Numbered from the stretch's first letter, positions 1-9,953 are shown. The stretch: DNA of 64,000 nt from an uncultured delta proteobacterium (GCA_963807225.1 CAWEAD010000011.1:31749-95748), one strand, 5' to 3'. Notes: generated from the letters alone by a model not told the origin. Made by a program: numbers and translations.

Positions 1-593
1 AAAATGATCGGAGCCGACATCAGAAAGGAAAAGCGGGCGGCGGCCTCGCGATTCAAGCCGCGGAAGAGGCCGGTGCTCATGGTGATGCCGCTGCGCGAAA
101 CCCCGGGAACCACGGCCAGGGCCTGGGACAGACCGATCAGCAGGGCATCGGCAAGGGAGATGGCGTGAATGTTACGATTCCTGCGCCCGACCCTTTCGGC
201 CAGGAGCAGGAGCAGGCCGATCCCGCCCAGGGTGGTGGCCACCAGGGCCGGACTGCGAAAAAGGGTCTCCGCCGGTTTCTCCAGCAGTACCCCGAACAGC
301 GCCCCCGGTATGGTGGCCAGACAGAGGTAGAAAAAAAGGCGCCGATGAAAAGCGGCGTCGGGATTGACAGCCCGTCCCGGCAACAGAGCCGCCGCCATCA
401 ACCGGAAATCATGGAAAAAATAGATCAGGATTGCCGCCAGAGTGCCCAGATGCAGGGCGACGTCGAAAACCAGACCACCCTCGCTGAAGCCCAGGAAATG
501 TTCGGCCAGGATCAAGTGGCCGGAGCTGGAAACCGGCAGGAATTCCGTGGCCCCTTGCAGTATTCCCAGCATTATCGCGTAAATAAAATCCAT
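1..593 (-). CDS. uppP: Undecaprenyl-diphosphate phosphatase (BacA/UppP), 3' end runs off the window
   Basis: Not in ORF track; manual translation from ATG at 593 gives MDFIYAIMLGILQGATEFLPVSSSGH and later QALAVVPGVSRSGIT, both BacA signature motifs. Confidence 0.92.
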   Translation of the reverse strand, partial: MDFIYAIMLGILQGATEFLPVSSSGHLILAEHFLGFSEGGLVFDVALHLGTLAAILIYFFHDFRLMAAALLPGRAVNPDAAFHRRLFFYLCLATIPGALFGVLLEKPAETLFRSPALVATTLGGIGLLLLLAERVGRRNRNIHAISLADALLIGLSQALAVVPGVSRSGITMSTGLFRGLNREAAARFSFLMSAPII

Positions 594-826
594 GGGTTGG
601 CACTATAAGTAAGGGGGTGGGAAAAGTAAACAAAAAGGAGGGTCTTACACTTTGGCTTTATCGAAGAGGATCGTCTGCTCCTACAATCTTGGTTTTCCCT
701 GACTGCCGGAACATGTTTGCGATTTGGGGAATAGGCTGGGGCACCATCCGGACTGGCCCGTTTGACATTATCCGCTCAGGGTGTTGCGGTTATTTTTCCG
801 GACTACCTGACGGCCGGAACCCGGGC

Positions 827-863
827 AAAAAAAACGGTTGCCTGGCCGAAGCCAGACAACCGT
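827..863 (-). terminator. Intrinsic terminator after the ExtJ-like gene
   Basis: Stem acggttgcctggc/gccagacaaccgt preceded by A8 on + (U-tract on -). Confidence 0.7.
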
Positions 864-890
864 AAATTCGTCGCTCGCGTCCGAAACTGC

Positions 891-1097
891 TTAGCAGCCT
901 TCGACCGCTTTTTTCTTCTCGGTAACTTTGACTTCCATGCCGGACTTCAGTTTATCGGCGCCCTTGCACTCAAGGGTCACGGTATTGCCGTCAACGGCCT
1001 TCACTTCACAATTTACTTTTGTGGCAGCCACACCGATGCCGGCGAAACCAACAGTTAAAGCAGCAGCCATAATCAGGGTAATGATTTTCTTGCTCAT
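891..1097 (-). CDS. Small periplasmic ExtJ-like protein with C-terminal EGC tail
   Basis: Signal peptide, small beta-rich body (VKAVDGNTVTLEC), ends KKKAVEGC-TAA; strong RBS gaggag; resembles Geobacter ExtJ-type proteins from memory. Confidence 0.7.
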   Translation of the reverse strand: MSKKIITLIMAAALTVGFAGIGVAATKVNCEVKAVDGNTVTLECKGADKLKSGMEVKVTEKKKAVEGC

Positions 1098-1249
1098 AAC
1101 TTAACTCCTCTTCTTAGTAGAATTGTCTGCCGTTGCCTCTTCCCAAGATTGGAAATTATAAATAAATCAGTATCTCTGTCAAGGGGAAATCCTGAGAGAC
1201 AGATACGTATCATACCCTCTATCCTGACTTATCCGGGAATCAGGCCCCG

Positions 1250-1771
1250 TTAGTTGAGCAGCTTCTCAATCTCGCCGCTCAAAATCTTTTCGGACACGTA
1301 GCCGTCATAACGTTTGACCAGGTTTCCCTCCCGATCCACCAGAAAAGTGGCCGGAACCCCCATGACCCCGCCGAAGCCCCGAGCCAGGGAGGTGCTTCCG
1401 ATAATAACCGGATAATTGACGCCCAGCTTTTCCAGGAATTTAGCGACCACCTTCCGGCCACCCTCATCCATGGAAATCCCGAGAATAGTAAAGCCGCGCG
1501 CCCGATACTTATCCTGCATCTCAATCAGGGAAGGGATTTCCTTGCGGCAAGGTGGGCACCAGGTGGCCCAGAAGTTTACCAGTACGACTTGACCGTGCAG
1601 TGAGGCGCTATCGATTTTCCCCTGACCCATTACAGTCTCTTCGGAGAAATCCGGCAGTTTTTTGACCGTTGCCGCCAAGGCAGGCGCCACCGCCGTCATC
1701 GTCAACAACAGGGCTAGCAGCCCCACCCACAAACCTGCACCCAAAAAACTCTTTTCTTGCCGCATACCCAT
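1250..1771 (-). CDS. TlpA/ResA-family thiol-disulfide oxidoreductase
   Basis: N-terminal TM/signal, VNFWATWCPPCRKEIP, GVPATFLVD. Confidence 0.93.
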   Translation of the reverse strand: MGMRQEKSFLGAGLWVGLLALLLTMTAVAPALAATVKKLPDFSEETVMGQGKIDSASLHGQVVLVNFWATWCPPCRKEIPSLIEMQDKYRARGFTILGISMDEGGRKVVAKFLEKLGVNYPVIIGSTSLARGFGGVMGVPATFLVDREGNLVKRYDGYVSEKILSGEIEKLLN

Positions 1772-1891
1772 CCTCGTCTATGATTGATAACGGGGCAGGT
1801 TGACCGACCCCGAACCGTTCAGGCCAACATTAAAAACAATAATACCTTTCCGGCTCTGGCGAAAGGGTTTTATCCGCAACCAGGTTATGTT

Positions 1892-2647
1892 TCAAAGGTC
1901 GCGCCGGGCGACAATTTCCCCCCTGACCCCGATGACCGCTTCCGAGACTTTGATCTCCCGGCCGGAAAGCTTCAGGGCCTCGGCGACGATGTGACGCATA
2001 TTGCCGCAACAGGGCACCTCCATAATCACCATGGTAACTGTCCTGGGGTGGGCGGTTTCGAATATCTCCTTGAACTTTTGCACGTAGGCGGGGGCATCGT
2101 CAAACTTGGGGCAGCCCATCAGCACCGCCCGACCGGCCAGGAAATCACGGTGAAAATCCGGGTAGGCCAGGGCGGTACAATCGGCCGCCACCAGCAAGTC
2201 GCAATCCTTCAGGAACGGCGCGCTGGCCGGAACCAGTCGAATTTGCACCGGCCAGTGGCTCAAGGCGGAAGAACCCACCGGGGCCGATACCGCCGGCCGA
2301 TTGGCCGCTTGACAAGGGGACTGGGAAGCAAACATCCGCAGCTTGGCCGAAGGACAACCGGCAGGGGGAGGGCTTTGCGGCTGCTCTTTTTGTGCGACCG
2401 GACGAACCTTCAACAACTCCTCCACCGCCGCCTCGTCGAAGTCGTCGGCCAGCCGCTCGGTGATCCGCAATGCCCCCTGGGGACACTCGCCCAGGCAGGC
2501 CCCCAGACCGTCGCAGTATTTTTCGGCCAGCATTCGGGCCTTGCCATCGATAATTTCCAAGGCCCCTTCGGCACAGGAGGGCACGCATTGGCCGCAACCG
2601 TCGCACAACTCTTCATCGATCTCGATAATCTTCCGGGTAACTTTCAT
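1892..2647 (-). CDS. 2x[4Fe-4S] ferredoxin-domain protein (hcp-associated)
   Basis: CDGCGQCVPSC and CDGLGACLGECP, plus WPVQIRLV, GCPKFD, MEVPCC motifs. Confidence 0.88.
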   Translation of the reverse strand: MKVTRKIIEIDEELCDGCGQCVPSCAEGALEIIDGKARMLAEKYCDGLGACLGECPQGALRITERLADDFDEAAVEELLKVRPVAQKEQPQSPPPAGCPSAKLRMFASQSPCQAANRPAVSAPVGSSALSHWPVQIRLVPASAPFLKDCDLLVAADCTALAYPDFHRDFLAGRAVLMGCPKFDDAPAYVQKFKEIFETAHPRTVTMVIMEVPCCGNMRHIVAEALKLSGREIKVSEAVIGVRGEIVARRDL

Positions 2648-2773
2648 ATTGTTCTCCGCGTGTTCTTGATGAATTCAACAAAGGCTCAATACCAACCACG
2701 GATGTCGCGGGGGCAGAGAGGAAAATCCAGGCGAAAAAGCTCTGCGTTATTGGTGATCAATGCGCTAAGAAAA

Positions 2774-3529
2774 TCAGCTGCCGAGCAACACCCTGGCCGC
2801 CACCCGCGCTCCGGCCTCGGTCAGAAAGGAAGCAGCCACTACTTTGGCCAGGTGCTCGGGAGTAGATGGATTTTCCTGTTGTTTTTCCTCCAGGTTGACA
2901 ATCAGATCAGCATCATAAAGGACCTTGAAATTACTGGACTCTTCCAAACGAGGCTGATGATGATGGCCGATGATGTCGCAGACCTCCTCAATCAGTCCCT
3001 GGGCGGCGCCCAGTCCGGTCAGGATTTCCCGGGCCACCGGCGGTCCCTCCTGATGTTGGTAGCGAGGCGAGGAACTCTGGTACTTGCGCTCGGCCTCTTT
3101 GATGCCGATATCATGAAGATAAGCGGTGATTCCGGCCACCGCCGGGTTGTAATCGGCAGGAGCCTCGGTCTGCGCGGCCAGCAGCTTACCGATCTCCTCG
3201 ACATAACGGGCCACCCGGGTGGCATGGCCGATCCGGCGAAAATCCTGCCCGAAATACTTCTTCATCTCGATGGCTACCCGTTCTTTCAAAAGATCCTGTT
3301 TACCGGCCAAGAGTTCCGGCGGCAACTCGCCCAGGCACTGGGTAGCATAAGGACAATATGAGGCGCAGCCGAAATCCATCCGGGGATTCAAAACCTTTTC
3401 GCCGCAGCCCCCGCACTTCCTGGTGTTGTCATCTTTAAAAAACTCCACCACCGTGCCGCACTTGGGACAGGGGGCCTCGAAAACCGCGGCCCCATCCCAG
3501 TAGCGACTATCTTGTCCGGGGCATTGCAT
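2774..3529 (-). CDS. HD-domain phosphohydrolase with N-terminal Cys-rich metal-binding module
   Basis: Start reset to MQCPGQD (RBS aggag); CPKC, CGGC, CASYCPYATQC; HD motifs YLHDIG, GHHH, YDAD. Confidence 0.85.
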   Translation of the reverse strand: MQCPGQDSRYWDGAAVFEAPCPKCGTVVEFFKDDNTRKCGGCGEKVLNPRMDFGCASYCPYATQCLGELPPELLAGKQDLLKERVAIEMKKYFGQDFRRIGHATRVARYVEEIGKLLAAQTEAPADYNPAVAGITAYLHDIGIKEAERKYQSSSPRYQHQEGPPVAREILTGLGAAQGLIEEVCDIIGHHHQPRLEESSNFKVLYDADLIVNLEEKQQENPSTPEHLAKVVAASFLTEAGARVAARVLLGS

Positions 3530-3634
3530 AACGATCTCCTTTGCAGGGTCCATAACCGGCCGGGAGAAGCAACTTCCCCCGGCCGGAATCGAACAACCAT
3601 TGTTTATTGTTGAGTGAAACAATCAATGAATACT

Positions 3635-5263
3635 TTAACCAAGGATCGCCTTCAAGTCATCCTCCGGGGTGGTAATCGGCTTGACGGCAAAGTTGTCGAC
3701 CAGCACCTGCAGGACATTCGGGCTAATGAAGGCCGGCAGGGTGGGCCCGAGCCGAATATTCTTGATGCCCAGACTGAAGAGGGTCAGGAGGATAACCACC
3801 GCCTTCTGCTCATACCAGGAGAGGATCATCGACAGCGGCAGGTCGTTGACTCCGCAGTCGAAGGCCCCGGCCAGGGCTACGGCGATCTGAATGGCCGAGT
3901 AGGCGTCGTTGCACTGTCCAACGTCGAGGAGCCGCGGGATGCCGCCGATATCGCCCAGGTTCTTGTCGAAGAAGCGGAACTTGCCACAGGCCAGGGTCAG
4001 AACCATGCAGTCGGCCGGGATCTGCTCGACCAGTTTGGTGTAGTAATCACGGCCGGGTTTGGCGCCGTCGCAGCCGCCGACCAGGAAGAAGTGGCGGATA
4101 TCCTTATTCTTGACCGCGGCGATGACCTTGTCGGCCACCGACAGTACGGCGTTGCGGGCGAAGCCTACCATCACCGAGCCCTTGTCGGTATCCTCGGTAA
4201 AACCGGGCAGGCCCAAGGCCCGCTCGATGACCGGGGCGAAGTTCTTGTCGTCGCCGATATGGGTCACACCCGGCCAGGCCACCATCCCGGAGGTGAAGAT
4301 ATTGCCCTTATAGGATTCGGTGGGCTTCTGGATGCAGTTGGTGGTCATGAGAATGGCGCCTGGGAACTGGGCGAATTCCTTGGCCTGATTCTGCCAGGCC
4401 GTGCCGTAATGGCCATGGAAATGGGGATGCTTCTTCAACTCCGGATAGCCGTGGCAGGGCAGCATCTCGCCGTGGGTATAGACGTTGATGCCCTGGCCGG
4501 CGCTCTGCTGCAGGATCAGGTCCAGGTCCTTCAGGTCATGCCCCGAGACCAGGATGGCCTTGCCCTGCTTGGCGCCCAAGGGTACCGAGGTGGGGGTGGG
4601 ATGGCCGTAGGTGCCGGTGTTGCCGGCGTCCAGCAACTCCATGGCCCGCAGATTGACCTCACCGCACTTCAGGGCCGCGGCCACGCAGTCACCGACGGCC
4701 AGCCCGTCTTTCAGCATCACCGCCAGGGCCTCGTGGATGAAGTCATAGATCGCCTGGTCTTCCTGGCCCATGACTCGAGCGTGGTCGGTATAGGCGGCCA
4801 GACCCTTGAGGCCGAAGAGCAGGGTGTACTTGAGCGAGCGGATGTCCTCGTTTTCGGCCGGGTCGCCGGTTAAAGAGACCTTCTGACCCTGAGCCGCCAT
4901 CCCGGCAGCATCCGCGGCCGGCTGGAAGTTGGCGGCAGCCTCGGGGAAATCGACCTTGCCGCCGGCTGCGGCCACTTTGGCCTTGAGCTGGTCCCGCTTG
5001 GCCACAGTCTCACGGATCAAGCCGGCCAACCGCTCAGCGTCGAAGTTGACGTTGGTCAAGGTCGAGAACACCGCCTCGCAGGTAAAAAGTCCCACTGCAG
5101 GCTCGTTCACCCCGACCTTCTTTCCCTCGACTGCATAGATGGAAAGCCCTTGCAGGGCATGAATCAACAGATCCTGCAAATCCGAAACCTCCGGGTTCTT
5201 ACCGCACACCCCGATGGTGGTACATCCGCCCTTGGCCGCCTGTTCGCATTGAAAACAAAACAT
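3635..5263 (-). CDS. hcp: Hybrid cluster protein (hydroxylamine/NO reductase)
   Basis: Start reset to MFCFQCEQAAKGGC...GVCGK (RBS gaggagg); THGEMLPCH, GGCDG, LACGKFRF, GQCNDAYSA, SWYEQKAV. Confidence 0.97.
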   Translation of the reverse strand: MFCFQCEQAAKGGCTTIGVCGKNPEVSDLQDLLIHALQGLSIYAVEGKKVGVNEPAVGLFTCEAVFSTLTNVNFDAERLAGLIRETVAKRDQLKAKVAAAGGKVDFPEAAANFQPAADAAGMAAQGQKVSLTGDPAENEDIRSLKYTLLFGLKGLAAYTDHARVMGQEDQAIYDFIHEALAVMLKDGLAVGDCVAAALKCGEVNLRAMELLDAGNTGTYGHPTPTSVPLGAKQGKAILVSGHDLKDLDLILQQSAGQGINVYTHGEMLPCHGYPELKKHPHFHGHYGTAWQNQAKEFAQFPGAILMTTNCIQKPTESYKGNIFTSGMVAWPGVTHIGDDKNFAPVIERALGLPGFTEDTDKGSVMVGFARNAVLSVADKVIAAVKNKDIRHFFLVGGCDGAKPGRDYYTKLVEQIPADCMVLTLACGKFRFFDKNLGDIGGIPRLLDVGQCNDAYSAIQIAVALAGAFDCGVNDLPLSMILSWYEQKAVVILLTLFSLGIKNIRLGPTLPAFISPNVLQVLVDNFAVKPITTPEDDLKAILG

Positions 5264-5408
5264 GGTAAACCTCCTCAGTGAAATTATTAATTTGCCAATT
5301 TGTTCATAGACTTTTGCGGTTGAGTCGCGCCAACCAAGTACTATTAAAGAAACTCGACAGAGCACGATTCGTTTTTCAGAAGGATAACGGAAGGGCGGCC
5401 CGGCGGCT

Positions 5409-5422
5409 TTGACTTAGGTCAA
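5409..5422. promoter_or_regulatory. CRP/FNR-family (HcpR-type) operator TTGAC-N4-GTCAA upstream of hcp
   Basis: ttgacttaggtcaa, perfect 5-bp inverted repeat with 4-nt spacer about 145 nt upstream of hcp; FNR-like geometry. Confidence 0.75.
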
Positions 5423-5449
5423 TCGGGCTCTTTTTTGGGGATCACTCAC

Positions 5450-5484
5450 AAAAAAAAGGTCGCCCGGGATTCCGGACGACCTTT
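5450..5484 (-). terminator. Intrinsic terminator after the TPR gene
   Basis: aaaggtcgcccgg/ccggacgaccttt stem preceded by an A-run on +. Confidence 0.65.
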
Positions 5485-5511
5485 GACTGGGACCATAAAG
5501 GTGGAGTTGGT

Positions 5512-6060
5512 TTATTTTTCCGGGCAAATCGACTGCATATCGTCCAATTGTTCTTGGGAGATCACGGCCCCAACTTTCTGGGCGAAGCGGATGTGCTCCC
5601 AGGCCCGCTTACCGTCGAGTTGGTTGCAATAATACTGAGCCAGATTGAAATGGGCCTCCTTGTTCATCGGGTCGATAGCCAGGGCCTTATCGTACATCTG
5701 CAATCCCTCCTGATCATTACCCTGCAGGATTAATACGAAACCCAGATTGACGTAAACCTCGGGTTTCGGCGATTCGGACAAATCGATGGTCTTGCGGAAG
5801 TAGCTCGCAGCCGTCTTGAATTTCCCCTGGGCCGCGTAGACCTGGGCCAAGCCGTAATAGGCCTGGGCATAGCTGGGATCGATCACGATGGCCTGATCAA
5901 AACGTCCTTTGGCTTCTGCCAACTTACCCGCATTAAAGAATTCCATCCCCTTGGTCACTTCCTCTTTGGCATAATATCTGACTTCTTTGGCCGCGGCAGC
6001 GGTGTAAAACACCGCTGCCATTGCCATCAGAAGCAAACCGGCCAACCAGACTTTCTTCAT
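5512..6060 (-). CDS. Periplasmic tetratricopeptide-repeat protein
   Basis: Signal peptide MKKVWLAGLLL; several TPR repeats (AYYGLAQVY, VYVNLGFVL, AHFNLAQYY). Confidence 0.85.
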   Translation of the reverse strand: MKKVWLAGLLLMAMAAVFYTAAAAKEVRYYAKEEVTKGMEFFNAGKLAEAKGRFDQAIVIDPSYAQAYYGLAQVYAAQGKFKTAASYFRKTIDLSESPKPEVYVNLGFVLILQGNDQEGLQMYDKALAIDPMNKEAHFNLAQYYCNQLDGKRAWEHIRFAQKVGAVISQEQLDDMQSICPEK

Positions 6061-6103
6061 CGTTCCACCTCCGCCCCTCGCAAGCATGGCCAACCAAGGG
6101 GGA

Positions 6104-6571
6104 TTAATACTCGATTTTGTCTTCCAGTTCCTCCCAGAGCCGGAAAGCTTTCAGAGCCTCCGGCCGCATGGTCTGTTCCATGGTCAGATTGCGCTCATTC
6201 AACGGGCTGAGCAGCTCCCGGTAGATATATTCATCGGCAAAACCGACGCCTGCCGCGTCCTGGCGAGTGGCAGCGTAATAAACCCTGGGAATGCCGGCCC
6301 AGTAGATTGCGGCCAAACACATGGGGCAGGGCTCGCAATTGACATAAATTTCGCAATCACCCAGCCAGAATGTGCCCAATACCCGGCAGGCCTCGCGAAT
6401 GGCCAAGATTTCTGCATGGGCGGTCGGGTCGTTGAGGGAAGTCACCCGGTTCCAGCCTCGAGCCACCGCTTCGCCATTTCTGACGATGACCGCTCCGAAC
6501 GGTCCACCCTCTCCGGCCTGCATCTTTTCCACGGACAGCCGGATAGCCTCCGCCATAAACTCTCCTTCCAT
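6104..6571 (-). CDS. Guanine/nucleoside deaminase (cytidine deaminase-like fold)
   Basis: GGPFGAVIV, DPTAHAE, EPCPMCLAAIYWA; start uncertain (6571 or 6556). Confidence 0.9.
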   Translation of the reverse strand: MEGEFMAEAIRLSVEKMQAGEGGPFGAVIVRNGEAVARGWNRVTSLNDPTAHAEILAIREACRVLGTFWLGDCEIYVNCEPCPMCLAAIYWAGIPRVYYAATRQDAAGVGFADEYIYRELLSPLNERNLTMEQTMRPEALKAFRLWEELEDKIEY

Positions 6572-6736
6572 CGCGCCCCCCGTGATCAATCTAAACAATC
6601 ATCCCGGCTCTTGAAAGGGCTTTTCCATTTCAGCCCCGACCGTAATGGCAAAATTATCTTTCTATCCGTTCGCCAACAAGTTATTATCAAGCATCTCAAT
6701 TCGCATAACACCTTAAAATCATTAGATAAGACAACG

Positions 6737-7348
6737 ATGCCTTACTTGTTCCCCCTCTTCGGCTATCTCCTCGGCGCCATCCCTTTCGGGCTCCTGTACG
6801 GCAAGCTGGCCGGGATTGACATCCGCAGTCAGGGCAGCGGCAACATCGGGGCCACCAATGCCGCCCGCTTGCTGGGCAAGAAACTTGGCGGGCTGACCCT
6901 GGCCAGCGATATGCTCAAGGCCCTGTTGCCCATGTTATTGGTGGCCTGGGCTCTGCAGGGTCAGCCTGACCGACGGATGTGGACATTGCTCACCGGCACC
7001 GCTGCCTTTCTGGGTCACTGCTTCCCGATTTACCTGAATTTCCGGGGCGGCAAGGGGGTGGCCACTGCCCTGGGCTTACACCTCTACCTGGCGCCCTTGC
7101 CAACCCTGGCCGGAATAGCCATTTTCCTGATCACGGTGCGGCTGAGCGGCTTTGTCTCTTTGGGGTCAATCACCGCCGCCGCCGCCCTGCCCTTACTGAT
7201 CTGGCTGGCCGGTGGCCCGGGTGACTTGTGCCTGGCCTCGACCTTGATCGCAGCCATCATCTGGCTCAAACACCATGAGAATATCGCCCGGTTACTCAGA
7301 GGCACTGAAAAAGGCTGGAAAAATAATGATGCCCAAAAAATCCGATAA
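6737..7348 (+). CDS. plsY: Glycerol-3-phosphate acyltransferase PlsY
   Basis: Start reset to MPYLFP; GYLLGAIPFG, GSGNIGATN, GHCFPIYLNFRGGKGVATALG, KHHENIARL. Confidence 0.96.
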   Translation: MPYLFPLFGYLLGAIPFGLLYGKLAGIDIRSQGSGNIGATNAARLLGKKLGGLTLASDMLKALLPMLLVAWALQGQPDRRMWTLLTGTAAFLGHCFPIYLNFRGGKGVATALGLHLYLAPLPTLAGIAIFLITVRLSGFVSLGSITAAAALPLLIWLAGGPGDLCLASTLIAAIIWLKHHENIARLLRGTEKGWKNNDAQKIR

Positions 7349-7655
7349 GTGGGAGAAGATTTTAGCGGCGCGCCAGCTGCTGGAGTTGGGCGGCACCGCC
7401 AATCTGGAGGAAATCCGCGAGGCATACCGCCGCAAAGCCAAACAACATCACCCGGACACCAAGGAGCTTGCCCCCGGCCAAGAGCCACCGGTCGCCATGC
7501 ATCTCTTGACCGAGGCATACCAAACCATTGTCGAGCATTGCCAAACTTACCGTATTCCCTTGGAACCAGGGGATCCCGACAATGATGATGACGACGGAGA
7601 CTGGTGGATGAAGCGTTTCGGCCAGGATCCGCTTTGGGGCAAAACCAGGGACTGA
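7326..7655 (+). CDS. Small J-domain (DnaJ-like) protein
   Basis: EEIREAYRRKAKQHHPD with HPD motif; C-terminal WWMKRFGQDPLWG; overlaps plsY 3' end. Confidence 0.85.
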   Translation: MMPKKSDKWEKILAARQLLELGGTANLEEIREAYRRKAKQHHPDTKELAPGQEPPVAMHLLTEAYQTIVEHCQTYRIPLEPGDPDNDDDDGDWWMKRFGQDPLWGKTRD

Positions 7656-7703
7656 CCTGCCGATAACCTTACTGCTGAAACCACTCGTTCCATCAGAGGT
7701 GCC

Positions 7704-7743
7704 AAAAAACGATGACCGGCGGCCTTTGGCCGCCGGTCATCGT
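7704..7743 (-). terminator. Intrinsic terminator between convergent J-domain and ppiD-like genes
   Basis: 16-bp perfect stem acgatgaccggcggcc/ggccgccggtcatcgt with A-run on the left. Confidence 0.8.
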
Positions 7744-7765
7744 CAATTAGGACTAAAAGATATTC

Positions 7766-9652
7766 TCAGTTAAACGAAGGATTGACCACAATTTCGGCCT
7801 TGGCACGCAGATTGGCCACCCAGGCGGAAACCAATTCAGCCCGATTTTCGTCGGCCAGCTTAGCGGCCAGCTCATCATGCTTCTCCTTGAACAATCCCGC
7901 CGGCGGTGCTTTCTCGGCCTGGTAAACCAGGACATAGAAGGACTGTCCCACCTTTTCCACCTGGTCGGCCACCGGTCTGGCAGCAGTCAGCGCCAGGCCG
8001 GCATTGAGCAGGATCGGATCCAAACGGCTACCGGCCCGATCCACTCTGGAGATAAAAGGCGATACCTGGATTATACCGCCGCTACCCTTGACATCGTCAG
8101 CCAGATTTGCGCCGCTCTTCAGATCGGCCAAGAGTTTTGCCGCCGCTTCCCGAGCCAGCTCCACCGAGCGGACCTTGATAAAATCTTTCTCCACCTGCTT
8201 CCGGACCTTAGCCAACTCCGGAGGCTGTGGTTTTTTGATTTCCTTGGCAAAAAACACAGCATAGGCGGATGTTCCCTCGATGATGGAACTCAATTCACCC
8301 TCCTTGAGGTCCAGAGCAGCCTGCAGGAAAGCCGGCTCACCCTTTAAGATGGCAGGCGGTTGATCGCGTTTGAATAACCCGGTTTCTTTCAGGCTGACCC
8401 CGCCGCTTTCAGCATACTTGGCCAGGCTTCCGGAAAGAATAATCTTTTCGTAGGCCTCTCTGGCCTGTTTGAAGGCCTGATCTTTGGCCCTCTCTTTTCC
8501 AAGTTTGGTGGCAATCGCCTCCCGCACCTCGTCCAGGGGTTTTACCCGAGCGGGCTTGATATCCTCCAACTTGATCACATGAAAGCCGAAGCGAGAACGA
8601 ACCAGGGTCGTGCCCCCCTTCTCCAGGCCAAAGACCGCTTCCTCGAAGGGAGGGACCATCTGCCCTCGCCCGAAAAAGCCCAAATCCCCACCATTGGCCG
8701 CGGATCCCTTGTCGTCCGAATTCCGGCGGGCGAGTTCGGCAAAACTCTTGCCATTCCGCGCCTCTTTCAGCAGGCTTTCGGCCCGCTTCCGGGCTTGATC
8801 CACTTCGGCCTCCGGGGCATCCTCGGCTACCTTGATCAGGATGTGACGAGCCCGACGGGTTTCCGGCACCACATAGTCCTCTTTGTGCTGTTCGTAGTAG
8901 GCGGCCACATCCTCCTCGGCAACGCGAGGAACGGCCTCACTGCCGTATGGGAACAGAACATAGTTCAGGTCAACCTCGGGTTGGGACAGGTAGTTGTCGC
9001 GATGGGATTCAAAAAAAGCGGCCAGATCGGCATCATTGATCTGCACTTTATTTTCGAAATCGGCAGCCTCGAAAGTGACATAGGAGAATTTTTTCTGGGT
9101 GTAATCCAGGTTGAAGCGGTCCTTCAACTCCGCCTCGGAGACTCCGCCGAAACGGGAGAGATGCCCCAGGATCTTGGCGGTCAAAAGATCATCCTTGACC
9201 GAGGCCTCGAAATCGGAGACGTTCATCCGATTGCCGGCCAGCACCTGATTATACCAGTCCACGTTGAAAACCCCGTCTTTCTGGAAAGCCGGCATCTCCT
9301 GAATGGCCTGGCGCACCTCCTCGTCGCTGACCTTTACTCCGGCAGCTACAGCTCCTTGACTCAAGAGCATTCTCTGAATCAATTCGTCGAGGATCTTTTG
9401 CTTTAACCCCAGGTTCTCCAGGAGCCCGGGAGGAATTTCTCCGCCCAACTGGTCCCGCAATTGATTGAGCTTCTGGTCGTATAGTCTCTGGTACTCCTGG
9501 TAAGAAATCATCTGGCCATTGACGGTAGCCAGTGAATTGGGCCCGTTGCCCTGGTTCCCACCCACCCCCCAGAACATAAAGACCAGGATGATGGCGACAA
9601 TTACCACCTGGATCACGGTGGACTGGGCTTTTCTTCTTAGAAAATCAAGCAT
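7766..9652 (-). CDS. ppiD: PpiD/SurA-N family membrane-anchored peptidyl-prolyl isomerase
   Basis: MLDFLR.., TM with FMFWGVG, SurA_N region, rotamase RARHILI..GGDLGFFGRGQMVPPFEEAVF..FGFHVIKL. Confidence 0.9.
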   Translation of the reverse strand: MLDFLRRKAQSTVIQVVIVAIILVFMFWGVGGNQGNGPNSLATVNGQMISYQEYQRLYDQKLNQLRDQLGGEIPPGLLENLGLKQKILDELIQRMLLSQGAVAAGVKVSDEEVRQAIQEMPAFQKDGVFNVDWYNQVLAGNRMNVSDFEASVKDDLLTAKILGHLSRFGGVSEAELKDRFNLDYTQKKFSYVTFEAADFENKVQINDADLAAFFESHRDNYLSQPEVDLNYVLFPYGSEAVPRVAEEDVAAYYEQHKEDYVVPETRRARHILIKVAEDAPEAEVDQARKRAESLLKEARNGKSFAELARRNSDDKGSAANGGDLGFFGRGQMVPPFEEAVFGLEKGGTTLVRSRFGFHVIKLEDIKPARVKPLDEVREAIATKLGKERAKDQAFKQAREAYEKIILSGSLAKYAESGGVSLKETGLFKRDQPPAILKGEPAFLQAALDLKEGELSSIIEGTSAYAVFFAKEIKKPQPPELAKVRKQVEKDFIKVRSVELAREAAAKLLADLKSGANLADDVKGSGGIIQVSPFISRVDRAGSRLDPILLNAGLALTAARPVADQVEKVGQSFYVLVYQAEKAPPAGLFKEKHDELAAKLADENRAELVSAWVANLRAKAEIVVNPSFN

Positions 9653-9953
9653 TTTTGCTATTCTCCCTCATCAAGAGCAGCTTCTTGGCAATTATTTATT
9701 TAAGGCGTGTAATCCTAAGTTTTTTAAGAAAAAGCGTCAAATCTTTTTTCGGGGCGTCCCCGACAACGACGATGCCGAGGGTGACCATAATCGAAAACGG
9801 CATGAGGTTACCTGGATTTTACACCTTACCTCATGTGTGACAGTCACGCCTGAAGTACTTGCCGGAGCTTATCCGGTCAAGTAAAATAAAATCTATGTTA
9901 CCGAAAGACGAGTCCATGAACTGGATAGATTCGGTACAAAAGGGTGGGGGGAC

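Noticed and set aside
1784-4873. Long + strand ORFs 1784-3361 and 3614-4873
   Set aside because: Antisense shadows of the ferredoxin, HD and hcp genes in GC-rich DNA; no motifs
6086-6736. N-terminal extension of the 420-aa ORF containing plsY
   Set aside because: Overlaps the deaminase on the opposite strand; PlsY homology starts at 6737
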